A stretch of DNA of 64,000 nucleotides from Acidobacteriota bacterium (GCA_963664705.1 OY761556.1:448001-512000); one strand, 5' to 3'; positions 18,872-28,505 are shown, counted from the first letter of the stretch. Translations and numbers: made by a program. Notes: generated from the sequence alone by a model not told the origin.

Positions 18872-21800
18872 ATGATTGAGCGCATTATAGACTTTTGCGC
18901 GCGCAACCGTGTCATCGTACTCACGCTCGTCGCCGTAGCCGCCATCTACGGCTGGTGGTCGATGAACCATGTTGCGCTGGATGCCATCCCCGATCTCAGC
19001 GACACTCAGGTCATTGTATATTCCCGCTGGGATCGCAGTCCCGATATTGTTGAAGATCAAATTACCTATCCCATAGTCGCCGCAATGCTCGGCGCGCCCA
19101 AAGTAAAAGCGGTGCGCGGTTTCTCCGATTTCGGATATTCGTTTGTGTACGTCATTTTTGAAGACGGCACCGATATCTATTGGGCCCGGACACGGACGCT
19201 TGAATATCTCTCGGGAGTGCTGCAAACCCTGCCCCAGGGATCGAAAACGGAGCTTGGCCCGGATGCAACGGGTTTGGGATGGATCTATCAATATGTGCTA
19301 GAGGACAAATCCGGGAAACACAACCTAGCCGAATTGCGCTCGCTGCAGGATTGGTACCTGCGCTACCACCTCAGATCCGTTCCTGGCGTTGCCGAAGTCG
19401 CGCCCATCGGCGGATTTGGCAAGCAATACCAGGTGAATGTCGATCCGAACCGGCTGCAGGCCTACAACATCCCAATCAATAAAGTGGTGGATGCTGTTCG
19501 GGGAAGCAACAGCGAGACCGGCGGCCGCATGATTGAACTCGGCGGTGCCGAGTATATGGTTCGCGGGCGTGGCTATGCCAAATCGGTTTCCGACATAGAA
19601 TCCGTTGTAGTCGCGGCCAGTGAAAATGGAACGCCCATTCGTGTAAAGGATATTGGCCAGGTTTCCCTTGGTCCTGATATCCGCCGGGGAGTATCGGATC
19701 TGGATGGAACCGGCGAAGCGGTTTCAGGCATCATCGTGATGCGCCAGGGTGAGAATGCCCTGGATGTCATCGACCGGGTGAAGGACAAAATCCGCCAGAT
19801 CGAACCCGGGTTGCCGGAAGGCGTCAAGATTGTCCCTGTATACGACCGCTCGCAACTGATTCACAATTCCATCGATACTCTGAAGTCCACCGTTATCGAA
19901 GTGATTATCACGGTATCGCTCGTGGTACTTCTCTTCCTCTGGCATATACCGAGCGCCGCCATCCCAGTGATCACGATACCGATAGCGGTGCTCATTGCCT
20001 TCATTCCGTTTCGCGGAATGGGCATTACGGCGAACATCATGTCGCTGGGTGGCATTGCCATCGCAATCGGAGCTATGGTGGATGCCGCTATTGTCGTCGT
20101 TGAGCAAGCCCATAAAAAACTGGAGATATGGGAAAGCTCGGGCCGTCGGGAAGACTATAAAGAAGTCATCATTACGGCAGTCAAAGAAGTCGGCGGCACG
20201 AGTTTTTTTGCATTGCTGGTGATTGCCGTCTCCTTCATTCCCGTGTTTGCCCTGGAGGCGCAGGAGGGCCGGCTTTTCAAGCCGCTTGCCTATACCAAGA
20301 CCTTGGGGATGATCGTTGCTGCCATCCTGGCCATTACGCTGGATCCTGCCCTTCGGCTGACTTTTACGCACCTGCGGAATTTCAGCTTCCGGCCACGCTG
20401 GATTTCAAAAGCGGCGAATACCCTATTGGTCGGCCGTATCCATTCTGAAGACAATCACCCGGTCAGCAAAGTTTTGATCCGGCTCTATGAGCCTGCCTGT
20501 CGCTGGTCCCTGCGTCACAAGTGGGCGGTGATTCTATGTGCTGCGCTCCTGCTGGCGATAACGGTGCCGGTCTTTATGTCGCTTGGATCGGAGTTTATGC
20601 CGCCGCTGTATGAAGAGGCGCTTTTCTATATGCCGTCGACTATGCCGGGCATTTCTATCGGCGAGGCGCAGCGCGCCCTTCAGGTCACGGATAGATTGAT
20701 CAAGTCGTTCCCGGAGGTGGATAAAGTTCTTGGGAAGGCAGGCAGAGCGGAAACATCCACTGATCCGGCGCCCCTATCCATGTTTGAGACGGTTATTATG
20801 CTGAAGCCGCGATCAGAGTGGCGCAAGGTGCCCACATGGTATTCCTCCTGGGCGCCGGAATTTGTCAAGCCGGTATTCCGCCATTTCACTCCGGACACGA
20901 TGTCCCCGGAGCAGCTGGTCGACAAACTGAATGCAGTGGTGAAGCTGCCTGGCATTTCAAATGCATGGACAATGCCGATCAAGGCGCGCATCGATATGCT
21001 GAGCACCGGGATGCGCACTCCTGTGGGGTTGAAAATTCATGGTGATGACCTCGAGAAGATCCAGGAAATCGGGGCGCGCGTTGAATCTGTGCTGCCCTCC
21101 GTGAAGGGAACCCGGAGTGTTTTCTCGGAGCGGACCTCGGAAGGATATTTCCTGGACTTTGACTGGAACCGAGATGCGCTGGCCCGCTATGGGCTCACCA
21201 TCGATGATGCGCAGGCGGCGGTCCAAAATGCCATCGGTGGCGAGAATGTTACAACCACGGTGGAAGGAAGAGCCCGCTATCCCGTCAATGTGCGCTATAT
21301 GCGCGATTTCCGGTCTGATCTGGACGCGCTTGGGCGCGTGCTGGTTCCGGCCGGCGGCAGCAGACAGATACCGCTGTCAGAACTTGCCGCCATCAAGCCC
21401 ACCACGGGGCCCGGCATGATCCGTGATGAAGATGGGCTGTTGACCGGATATGTGTATGTGGACCTGGCCGGGCGAGATCCCGGCAGTTATGTGCGCGAAG
21501 CGAATGAAGTCGTTCGCGCAAAGATTGCGTTGCCGCCCGGATTTGCCATCACCTGGAGCGGGCAGTATGAGGCAATGGAACGGGTGAATAACCGGCTGAT
21601 GATAGTTTTGCCCATCACTGCCTTCCTGATTCTGTCGTTCCTGTATATCAACACGCGATCGGTTATCAAAACTATGATCGTCGTCCTCGCGGTTCCTTTT
21701 TCGGCGATCGGCGCAGTCTGGTTCCTGTATCTGCTCGGCTATAACATGAGCATAGGTGTCTGGGTCGGACTTATTGCGCTGCTCGGGGTGGATGCGGAGA

Positions 21801-22150
21801 CTGGAGTTTTCATGCTCCTATACCTGGATCTCTCCTATGAGGAGGCCAAAAAGGCAGGTCGTCTGCGAACGCTCTCCGATTTGCAGGAATCCATTGTTCA
21901 CGGAGCGGTGAAGCGCATTCGGCCCAAATTCATGACCGTGGCGACCGATTTTATCGGTCTTGTACCGATCCTGTGGGCAACCGGGACGGGTTCGGACGTC
22001 ATGAAACGTATCGGAGCGCCGCTCATCGGAGGAGTGTTTACCTCGTTTGTTCTGGAGTTGTTGGTCTACCCCGCCATTTACGAGGTCTGGAAATGGCATT
22101 TTGAATTGAAAAAGCGGCGAGTCGAAGAGCCTGTTCTACAGGAAGCTTAA
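18872..22150 (+). CDS. cusA: Cu(I)/Ag(I) RND efflux pump
   Basis: LDAIPDLSDTQVIV, GPDATGLGWIYQY, GAMVDAAIVVVE. The CusA methionine triad contexts FYMPST, PLSMFET and RIDML are present. Confidence 0.93.
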   Translation: MIERIIDFCARNRVIVLTLVAVAAIYGWWSMNHVALDAIPDLSDTQVIVYSRWDRSPDIVEDQITYPIVAAMLGAPKVKAVRGFSDFGYSFVYVIFEDGTDIYWARTRTLEYLSGVLQTLPQGSKTELGPDATGLGWIYQYVLEDKSGKHNLAELRSLQDWYLRYHLRSVPGVAEVAPIGGFGKQYQVNVDPNRLQAYNIPINKVVDAVRGSNSETGGRMIELGGAEYMVRGRGYAKSVSDIESVVVAASENGTPIRVKDIGQVSLGPDIRRGVSDLDGTGEAVSGIIVMRQGENALDVIDRVKDKIRQIEPGLPEGVKIVPVYDRSQLIHNSIDTLKSTVIEVIITVSLVVLLFLWHIPSAAIPVITIPIAVLIAFIPFRGMGITANIMSLGGIAIAIGAMVDAAIVVVEQAHKKLEIWESSGRREDYKEVIITAVKEVGGTSFFALLVIAVSFIPVFALEAQEGRLFKPLAYTKTLGMIVAAILAITLDPALRLTFTHLRNFSFRPRWISKAANTLLVGRIHSEDNHPVSKVLIRLYEPACRWSLRHKWAVILCAALLLAITVPVFMSLGSEFMPPLYEEALFYMPSTMPGISIGEAQRALQVTDRLIKSFPEVDKVLGKAGRAETSTDPAPLSMFETVIMLKPRSEWRKVPTWYSSWAPEFVKPVFRHFTPDTMSPEQLVDKLNAVVKLPGISNAWTMPIKARIDMLSTGMRTPVGLKIHGDDLEKIQEIGARVESVLPSVKGTRSVFSERTSEGYFLDFDWNRDALARYGLTIDDAQAAVQNAIGGENVTTTVEGRARYPVNVRYMRDFRSDLDALGRVLVPAGGSRQIPLSELAAIKPTTGPGMIRDEDGLLTGYVYVDLAGRDPGSYVREANEVVRAKIALPPGFAITWSGQYEAMERVNNRLMIVLPITAFLILSFLYINTRSVIKTMIVVLAVPFSAIGAVWFLYLLGYNMSIGVWVGLIALLGVDAETGVFMLLYLDLSYEEAKKAGRLRTLSDLQESIVHGAVKRIRPKFMTVATDFIGLVPILWATGTGSDVMKRIGAPLIGGVFTSFVLELLVYPAIYEVWKWHFELKKRRVEEPVLQEA

Positions 22151-22155
22151 TCAAT

Positions 22156-22212
22156 AGTGTGCGGCAGCTTGCTGCCGCTTTATTAAGCGATGGCAAGCCG
22201 CGCACTCCAAAG
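22156..22212. repeat. REP-like inverted doublet
   Basis: AGTGTGCGGCAGCTTGCTGCCGCTTT (internal palindrome GCGGCAGC/GCTGCCGC) followed by a diverged inverted copy AAGCGATGGCAAGCCGCGCACTCCAAAG. Confidence 0.6.
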
Positions 22213-22226
22213 CAAAGGGAATTGAT

Positions 22227-22913
22227 ATGAAGATCAAGTTGTCCATCATTGCACTCATGTTTGTTGCAAGCTATGTATGTGCCCAGGAACCTGAACTGAA
22301 ATCTGAAAAGGACAAGATCAATTACGGTATCGGCGTTGGAGTTGCACGCAATTTTCAGCGCCAGGGAATCAATGTGGATCTCGACCTTGTAATCAAGGGC
22401 ATGAAGGATGTCCTGGCGGGAGCCAAACTGGCCATGACGGAAGAAGACCTGGATAAGACGATGACGGCGTTCCAGACGGAAGCCCAGAGGCGATTCCAGG
22501 AAAAAGCCAAAGCCATTGCCGAGAAAAACAAAAAGGAAGGAGAAACCTTCCTGGCCGAGAATGCAAAGAAAGAGGGTGTGGTCGCTCTTCCGAGTGGACT
22601 TCAATACAAAATCCTCAAGCAGGGAGAGGGGAAAAAGCCGGTCAGCCAGGATTCGGTAGAGTGCCACTATCGCGGTACCCTTATTGACGGTACCGAATTC
22701 GATAGTTCCTATAAAAGAGGGACTCCCCTGGTTGTAAAAGTTGACGGTGGCATTATCCAGGGATGGAGCGAAGCTCTCAAACTAATGCCGCTGGGCTCCA
22801 AATGGCAGCTTTTCATTCCATCCAAACTGGCTTATGGAGAACGGGGCGCGGGCAACCAGATCGAGCCCAACGCTACATTGATTTTTGAAGTGGAACCGCT
22901 GGCTATCAAGTAA
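22227..22913 (+). CDS. Periplasmic FKBP-type peptidyl-prolyl isomerase (FkpA/Mip family)
   Basis: Signal peptide; KINYGIG dimerisation domain; LPSGLQY, HYRGTLIDGTEFDSSYKRG, IQGWSEAL, IPSKLAYG, NATLIFEVE. Confidence 0.95.
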   Translation: MKIKLSIIALMFVASYVCAQEPELKSEKDKINYGIGVGVARNFQRQGINVDLDLVIKGMKDVLAGAKLAMTEEDLDKTMTAFQTEAQRRFQEKAKAIAEKNKKEGETFLAENAKKEGVVALPSGLQYKILKQGEGKKPVSQDSVECHYRGTLIDGTEFDSSYKRGTPLVVKVDGGIIQGWSEALKLMPLGSKWQLFIPSKLAYGERGAGNQIEPNATLIFEVEPLAIK

Positions 22914-23074
22914 TGCGGTTAGTCTCAACCTTTCCGGGCTGAGTTGGAGACAGGGAATTGAGAATTGGAGAGAGGGAGAATACAGAGAGCGGTCGGCCTG
23001 GGATTCGGCGGGCGTCAATCCCTGCCGGTGCCGCCTTTGTATCGCTCCTCTCGCCCAAGCGCCGGTCAAGGCCA

Positions 23075-23515
23075 ATGCTGGCGCAATCCGGGAGTCGGCG
23101 GTGGAAGCCGCCGGCTCCTTTTCTTACAATCCTGTTTACATTCATTCTCTTTGTGCAGGCAAGCGCACTTCCCACGCACATTGGCCTTCTTCTGATTCCT
23201 CCCAATACTGCCGCCATGACGCATGGTTGCGAAAAGGGGACCTGTTGCACGCCGCTTTGTTTTCTCGATAAGCATGGTGTTCATCATTGTGTTCATCTGA
23301 CCGGAGACTCCTGTGAGTGCGGCGTGTCCGCAAGCGATGAATGCACGGTCAATCCGGTTTTTCTGTCGGCAATTATTGCTTTTGTTCATACCGAAGCTCT
23401 CCTCCCGGATTTGATTCCAGCGCGGTGGAATCAAACCATTTCCATACTTTTTATTGGGCGTGAACCTGCAATCCCTACGCCCCCTCCTAAGCGACTGGCC
23501 GCGCAAAATTCCTGA
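23075..23515 (+). CDS. Cys/His-rich exported leader protein with C-terminal polyproline (CutF/CruR-like putative regulatory uORF)
   Basis: Basic n-region plus hydrophobic FLTILFTFILFVQASA; 8 Cys and 5 His within HGCEKGTCCTPLCFLDKHGVHHCVHLTGDSCECGVSASDEC; ends PAIPTPPPKRLAAQNS; lies 45 nt upstream of a copper TonB receptor. Start codon uncertain. Confidence 0.65.
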   Translation: MLAQSGSRRWKPPAPFLTILFTFILFVQASALPTHIGLLLIPPNTAAMTHGCEKGTCCTPLCFLDKHGVHHCVHLTGDSCECGVSASDECTVNPVFLSAIIAFVHTEALLPDLIPARWNQTISILFIGREPAIPTPPPKRLAAQNS

Positions 23516-23556
23516 CAGTCCAAAGTACCTCAAGACTTTGCAGATCCATTAGGAGG
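23483..23556 (+). promoter_or_regulatory. Anti-Shine-Dalgarno / SD sequestering stem for the TonB receptor
   Basis: CCTCCTAA (23483-23490, within the Pro-Pro-Lys codons) is the exact reverse complement of TTAGGAGG (23549-23556). Inner hairpin CAAAGT/ACTTTG at 23521-23540. Confidence 0.6.
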
Positions 23557-23560
23557 AGCA

Positions 23561-25858
23561 ATGATCAGGCGATCTCTATTTATTGGGTGTGTTTTATTAT
23601 TTGCAGTTATCTCGGCCGCACTAGCCGCAGAGCCTCCCCGAAGTTCATTGATGGGAGTGATCCAGGGGCCGGATGGCGCAAGGCTTCCCGGTGCGTTAAT
23701 AACTATACGGATGCCCGGAGCGCAACAGTCAATGCAGGTGGTCAGCAGTTCCACCGGCGCCTATGTTGTACCGGAGTTGCCGGCGGGCGAGTATGAGCTC
23801 AATGCCGAGTTGGTAGGTTTTGAACCTTATACTATCCCGGCTCTTCAGATCAATCCTGGAGCCGGCAAAGTGGTCGATTTGAGCCTAAAACTGGCGACTG
23901 TTCGTGAGATTGTGACCGTAGTTGGAGCGCTCCCAAAGGACAGCATCGAGGGTGCGGATACGAGGGAGAGCTCTGCTCGGGATGTTGGCGAAGTGATGGC
24001 GCATGCTCCGGGCGTATGGAAGCTCCGCAAAGGAGGCATTGCCAATGATTTTGTTCTCAGAGGATTTGCGAGCAAGGATTTGAATGTGCTCATCGACGGT
24101 CAGCGGATCTATGGGGCTTGTCCCAACCACATGGACCCTGCAGCATTTCACGTGGATTTTTCCGAAGTAGACCGAATTGAGATTGGGAAGGGCCCCTTTG
24201 ACGTCAAGAACCAGGGGAGCCTGGGCGGCGTCGTCAACATCGTAACCCGCAAGGCTGAGCGCGGGATGCATGTTTCCGGCAATTTGTCTGCCGGGTCCTT
24301 TGGCTTCGTAAATCCCTCGGCGTCCGTTTCGTATGGACGTGAGCAGTTTTCCTTTCTCGGAGGTTATTCCTACCGGTTGTCTTCACCTTACTCTGATGGT
24401 TCCGGCCGGAGATTCACCGAGGCAGTCAATTACAGATCTGATTCTATCGACAGCGATGCCTTTAAGGTTGGAACAATCTGGACCAGCGCATCTTTTCAGC
24501 CATTTCAGGGCCACCTGATGCAGTTCTCGTACACGCGGCAGCAGGCAGATCATGTGCTCTATCCTTATCTCCAAATGGATGCGGTGTACGATGACACCGA
24601 CAGGATCAACGCGGGGTACCAGGTGAATAATCTGTCTGCGTTGGTTCGCTCGCTTCGATTCCAGGCGTACTACACACGCGTGAATCACTGGATGACGGAT
24701 CAGTACAGGATTTCATCGCTGAATCTCCTGCGTGAGTACTCCATGGGAACATTGGCCGGGACAGAAGCGCTGGGTGGAAAATTCGAAATGTCCGGTCGGG
24801 ATGTGACCATTGGCATCGAAGCCTATCATCGGCAATGGGACGGCACGACCCAAATGTCCGGCAGTTCCTATGCGCCGCAATACTCGATTCCCGATGTCCG
24901 AACTGACAGTTTCGGCCTTTACTCTGAATACACCCGTTCTCTGACCGAAAAGCTCAAATTGAGCCTGGGCGGTCGGCTCGACACTCTGACCACAGCAGCC
25001 GAGGATGCAAAAGCCAATACGAACCTGTTTTATGCCTACAATTCCACGCGTCTGACATCGAAGACAAACAACTTTGCATCGGGCAATGCAAGGCTGAGCT
25101 ATCGATCCGGCATTGGATTGGAGGTCAGTGGTGGAGTCGGTCATACCGTCAGAGTCCCGGATGCCCGCGAACGCTACTTCGCGCTGAAGCGCATGGGGAC
25201 GGATTGGGTCGGCAACCCGAATCTGGAACCCAGCCATAATACGGGTTTCGATGGGGGAGTTTCCTTCCGGCACCGGGGGGTGATGATTGAATCCAGCCTC
25301 TACCTGGACTACGTTCGCGACTATATTTCGGTTATACCTCAGACGCGGGTCAATATGGTTTCGGGCGTAATGAATACAAAAGCACGCTCGTATCAGAACG
25401 TAAACGCGCGGTTGTATGGAGGAGAGTTTCTCATTTCCTACCTGTTGACTCGCCGTTTGTTTGTATCCAGCGATTTCTCCTATGTGCGTGGTACAAGGAA
25501 TATCGCATCCGAACTGGGAGTTGTCACGCCCGACCTTTCCGAGATCCCGCCCATGCGCTCGCGTGCAAGCATGCGCTATGACGCCGGCAAATTTTTCGGC
25601 GAAGCGGAATGCCTGTTCGAAGGCGCACAAACACACGTAGACACTCTGCTTGGCGAACAAACCACGGCGGGCTATGGCATCGCCAATCTCCGAGGTGGTG
25701 TAAATATTAGAAAGCTTTCCATCAAGCTGAGTTTAAATAACATTTTGGGCCGTCAGTATTATGAGCATCTTTCGTATCAGCGAGATCCCTTCAGGTCCGG
25801 AGCGCGAGTCTTTGAGCCCGGCCGGAATTTCCTGGTCAACATTGCTTATCGCTATTGA
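23561..25858 (+). CDS. TonB-dependent copper receptor, OprC-like, with N-terminal carboxypeptidase-regulatory-like domain
   Basis: Plug motif GACPNHMDP (CxxxM) plus barrel NHWM (HxM), the OprC copper-ligand signature. GNPNLEP, NNILGRQYYEHLS, EPGRN and terminal YRY. Confidence 0.85.
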   Translation: MIRRSLFIGCVLLFAVISAALAAEPPRSSLMGVIQGPDGARLPGALITIRMPGAQQSMQVVSSSTGAYVVPELPAGEYELNAELVGFEPYTIPALQINPGAGKVVDLSLKLATVREIVTVVGALPKDSIEGADTRESSARDVGEVMAHAPGVWKLRKGGIANDFVLRGFASKDLNVLIDGQRIYGACPNHMDPAAFHVDFSEVDRIEIGKGPFDVKNQGSLGGVVNIVTRKAERGMHVSGNLSAGSFGFVNPSASVSYGREQFSFLGGYSYRLSSPYSDGSGRRFTEAVNYRSDSIDSDAFKVGTIWTSASFQPFQGHLMQFSYTRQQADHVLYPYLQMDAVYDDTDRINAGYQVNNLSALVRSLRFQAYYTRVNHWMTDQYRISSLNLLREYSMGTLAGTEALGGKFEMSGRDVTIGIEAYHRQWDGTTQMSGSSYAPQYSIPDVRTDSFGLYSEYTRSLTEKLKLSLGGRLDTLTTAAEDAKANTNLFYAYNSTRLTSKTNNFASGNARLSYRSGIGLEVSGGVGHTVRVPDARERYFALKRMGTDWVGNPNLEPSHNTGFDGGVSFRHRGVMIESSLYLDYVRDYISVIPQTRVNMVSGVMNTKARSYQNVNARLYGGEFLISYLLTRRLFVSSDFSYVRGTRNIASELGVVTPDLSEIPPMRSRASMRYDAGKFFGEAECLFEGAQTHVDTLLGEQTTAGYGIANLRGGVNIRKLSIKLSLNNILGRQYYEHLSYQRDPFRSGARVFEPGRNFLVNIAYRY

Positions 25859-25885
25859 AGTAAAAGCCACTGAAAACGCCACCGT

Positions 25886-25924
25886 CCAAGCGGCATGCCG
25901 CATGATTTAGGCATGCCGCCTTGG
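25886..25924 (+). terminator. Hairpin after the TonB receptor
   Basis: CCAA-GCGGCATGCC / GGCATGCCGC-C-TTGG. Confidence 0.5.
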
Positions 25925-26084
25925 CCGACGCTCCAAAATTTTCTCTTCCCGGAAACAACCGATTTCCAGATCCCTCACTCCTGTTGGCTGCCAAAAAGAT
26001 CCTTTCTGAGTATACGATTCTCCGCCAATTACGTTCTTGGTTATAGGTGTTCATATTTCTATGCCATGACCAGGAGGGTTTCTT

Positions 26085-28505
26085 ATGTCCGTCCGCTCGA
26101 TTCAAAGGGGAATTTTGCTCCTATTGGCACTCATTAGCTTTACGGGTGCGGCATTTGCACAAAGCCAGGCTGGTGAACAAGATGCTATGGGTGCATATAG
26201 ATCGCTCCACGACTTCACACTCAACGGAGGCGATGCAAAGGTCAGCAACCTTACCTTGAAGAGGGATCGAGCCGTCATGACGTTCACCGGTACGTTCTAT
26301 TTCCCGAAATCGGTGCTTGGGAAAATCACCGGAGCTGTTTTTGTTGGTGAGGGCAAGTTCCGTGCAGAGCCGCCTGCCATGGCTTTTGAAAAAGAGAATT
26401 TGCGCAGGATGCTGAGTGCGGATGTGGTCGAATCGGATTTTAGGACAGCAGTTTTGCGGTTTACGGATGATACCTTTTCAATAATCGGCCAATCTCATGA
26501 ACCCACGGGGACGGCGCCCAAGGAGGCTCAGGATCTTGCCATCGAGACGGAGCAGCGGACATTGCGTGAGACGGGAGCCAACTATGCCTCACGAATACTG
26601 GTTTCACTGCTAAATGGAGAGAATCCGGGCGTTTTCATTGCCCAGTTTGACAAAGGGCACCGGGGTCGTTTTGCCATGATTTTGGATATGCAGGGTCGGA
26701 TCCCAACCGTCCATTTCACAATCAATGGAGGCGAGAAGGGACTGATTTATTCATACAACAAGTACCAGATGGCGAATGATGTCTGGCTGGCCTTCTATTC
26801 GGAGCAGGATTATGCAGCGGGGACGGCCAACTATTCGGACTCTTTTGATCAGATTGCCGTATCTCATTATGACATGAAAGTGGATTTGCGCGATCCGCGC
26901 AAAGTGCTCAAAGTAAATGCCAGAATGGATGCCAAAGCGCTTTCCACCGTGCGGGCTATCTCGTTTGCATTAAGCGAGGATTTGCCCGAGGACGAATCTC
27001 TCAGGAAAAAGAAGGGGATGCACGTGACTGCCGCGCGCCTGGCGGACGGCACGGCGCTTGCAGCCATCCAGGAGGAATGGGAGGCGGGTTTTCTGGTGAT
27101 TCTGCCGGCCACGCACGCCGCCCAGGAACAATTCACGATAGAGACCGAGGTGGAGGGAGACTTTATTTACGATCTCTCGAATACCTATGATTGTCACTAT
27201 CCATTTATCAATGGACAGTGGTACCCGAGGCACGGGTATCTTGCCCGTTCCAAATTCGACATCACCTTCGTTCACAACAAGAAATACAAGGTTGCCGGTC
27301 CGGGTGAGCGGATTCGAGAAGAGCGCGCATCCGGAAATCCCGACGAAATGGTCACATCCTATCGCATGGCCGAGCCAGTAGCGCTGGTAACATTTGCCAT
27401 GGGGCCATACAAGGTCTATCAGGAAAAGCGCACGGTACAGAAGAACGAAATGCCAATCGAGTTTTTCTCCTTGGCTGGAGTGCAGGTCGGGGCTACCAGC
27501 CGGTTGACGATCAAAGAGGATTTTGTGCTTGCAGAGCTGGGCAATTCACTGGACTATCTGAGCGCGATGTTCGGGCCCTATCCATATCCGGTCTTCAGAG
27601 CCGCTTTCCACCCGTTCCGCTATGGACAGGGCTTTGCCACCATGCTGGCCATTCCCAATGCCGATTCGGCAACCAGCCGGACATTCGCCTTTCTTTCACA
27701 CGAAACGTCGCATCAGTGGTGGGGAAATGTGGTCGCCTGGCGATCCTATCGGGACCAGTGGCTTAGCGAGGGTTTTGCGGAATATTCCGGAGCGCTTTAT
27801 GTGCAGACTCGGACCAAGAAAAGCGGAGATGTGCGCGATGAGATTAACGACATGCGCAACTCTTTGAAAGAGCCTCCGGATACCAATACCGGAATCGGTT
27901 CCAAACGCGTGGTAGATATCGGTCCGCTGATTCTCGGCCACAGGTTGCGCAGTCGAGAGTCGCTGAATGCCTATTCGATTCTTACCTATTCAAAAGGGGC
28001 GCTCGTATTACGCATGCTTCATTTTTTACTCACAAATCCCAATGACGGCAATGGCCAGGCATTCTTCGACATGATGAAGGATTTTGTGGATCGCTTTCGT
28101 AATGCTGCAGCCTCAACCGAACAGTTTGAGGCTGTGGCCAGCGAACATTTTGCGCGTACGCCCGTTGCAAAAAAGTATGGTCTAAAGGACCTCCGCTGGT
28201 TTTTCTCCCAATGGGTGTATCAGACAGCGCTCCCCTCCTACCGCCTGAACTATTCCATTGTGGAAAACCAGGATGGGACGGCAAATATCAGCGGAACTGT
28301 CTTTCAAGAGAATGCGCCTTCATCCTGGGGAATGCCGATACCATTGGTCATTAAGTTTCCCGGGGGGCAAATGGCCCGTGGAACTGTCCTGGCAAATGGG
28401 CCACAAAATCCTGTGAATATACAGTTGCCGAAGAAGCCGGAGTCTGTAGAATTGGATCCTGATCATTGGGTGCTTTCGGAAAAAACACTGACAAAAAAAC
28501 AATGA
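26085..28505 (+). CDS. Secreted M1 (gluzincin) family metallopeptidase
   Basis: Signal peptide; HETSHQWWG...WLSEGFAEY (HExxH-x18-E); YSKGALVLRML; WFFSQWVY. Confidence 0.88.
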   Translation: MSVRSIQRGILLLLALISFTGAAFAQSQAGEQDAMGAYRSLHDFTLNGGDAKVSNLTLKRDRAVMTFTGTFYFPKSVLGKITGAVFVGEGKFRAEPPAMAFEKENLRRMLSADVVESDFRTAVLRFTDDTFSIIGQSHEPTGTAPKEAQDLAIETEQRTLRETGANYASRILVSLLNGENPGVFIAQFDKGHRGRFAMILDMQGRIPTVHFTINGGEKGLIYSYNKYQMANDVWLAFYSEQDYAAGTANYSDSFDQIAVSHYDMKVDLRDPRKVLKVNARMDAKALSTVRAISFALSEDLPEDESLRKKKGMHVTAARLADGTALAAIQEEWEAGFLVILPATHAAQEQFTIETEVEGDFIYDLSNTYDCHYPFINGQWYPRHGYLARSKFDITFVHNKKYKVAGPGERIREERASGNPDEMVTSYRMAEPVALVTFAMGPYKVYQEKRTVQKNEMPIEFFSLAGVQVGATSRLTIKEDFVLAELGNSLDYLSAMFGPYPYPVFRAAFHPFRYGQGFATMLAIPNADSATSRTFAFLSHETSHQWWGNVVAWRSYRDQWLSEGFAEYSGALYVQTRTKKSGDVRDEINDMRNSLKEPPDTNTGIGSKRVVDIGPLILGHRLRSRESLNAYSILTYSKGALVLRMLHFLLTNPNDGNGQAFFDMMKDFVDRFRNAAASTEQFEAVASEHFARTPVAKKYGLKDLRWFFSQWVYQTALPSYRLNYSIVENQDGTANISGTVFQENAPSSWGMPIPLVIKFPGGQMARGTVLANGPQNPVNIQLPKKPESVELDPDHWVLSEKTLTKKQ

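Noticed and set aside
22958-23074. Upstream TTG start for the Cys/His leader ORF (185-aa version)
   Set aside because: It runs through purine-rich repeat and palindromic sequence and would bury the signal peptide. ATG 23075 is more plausible.
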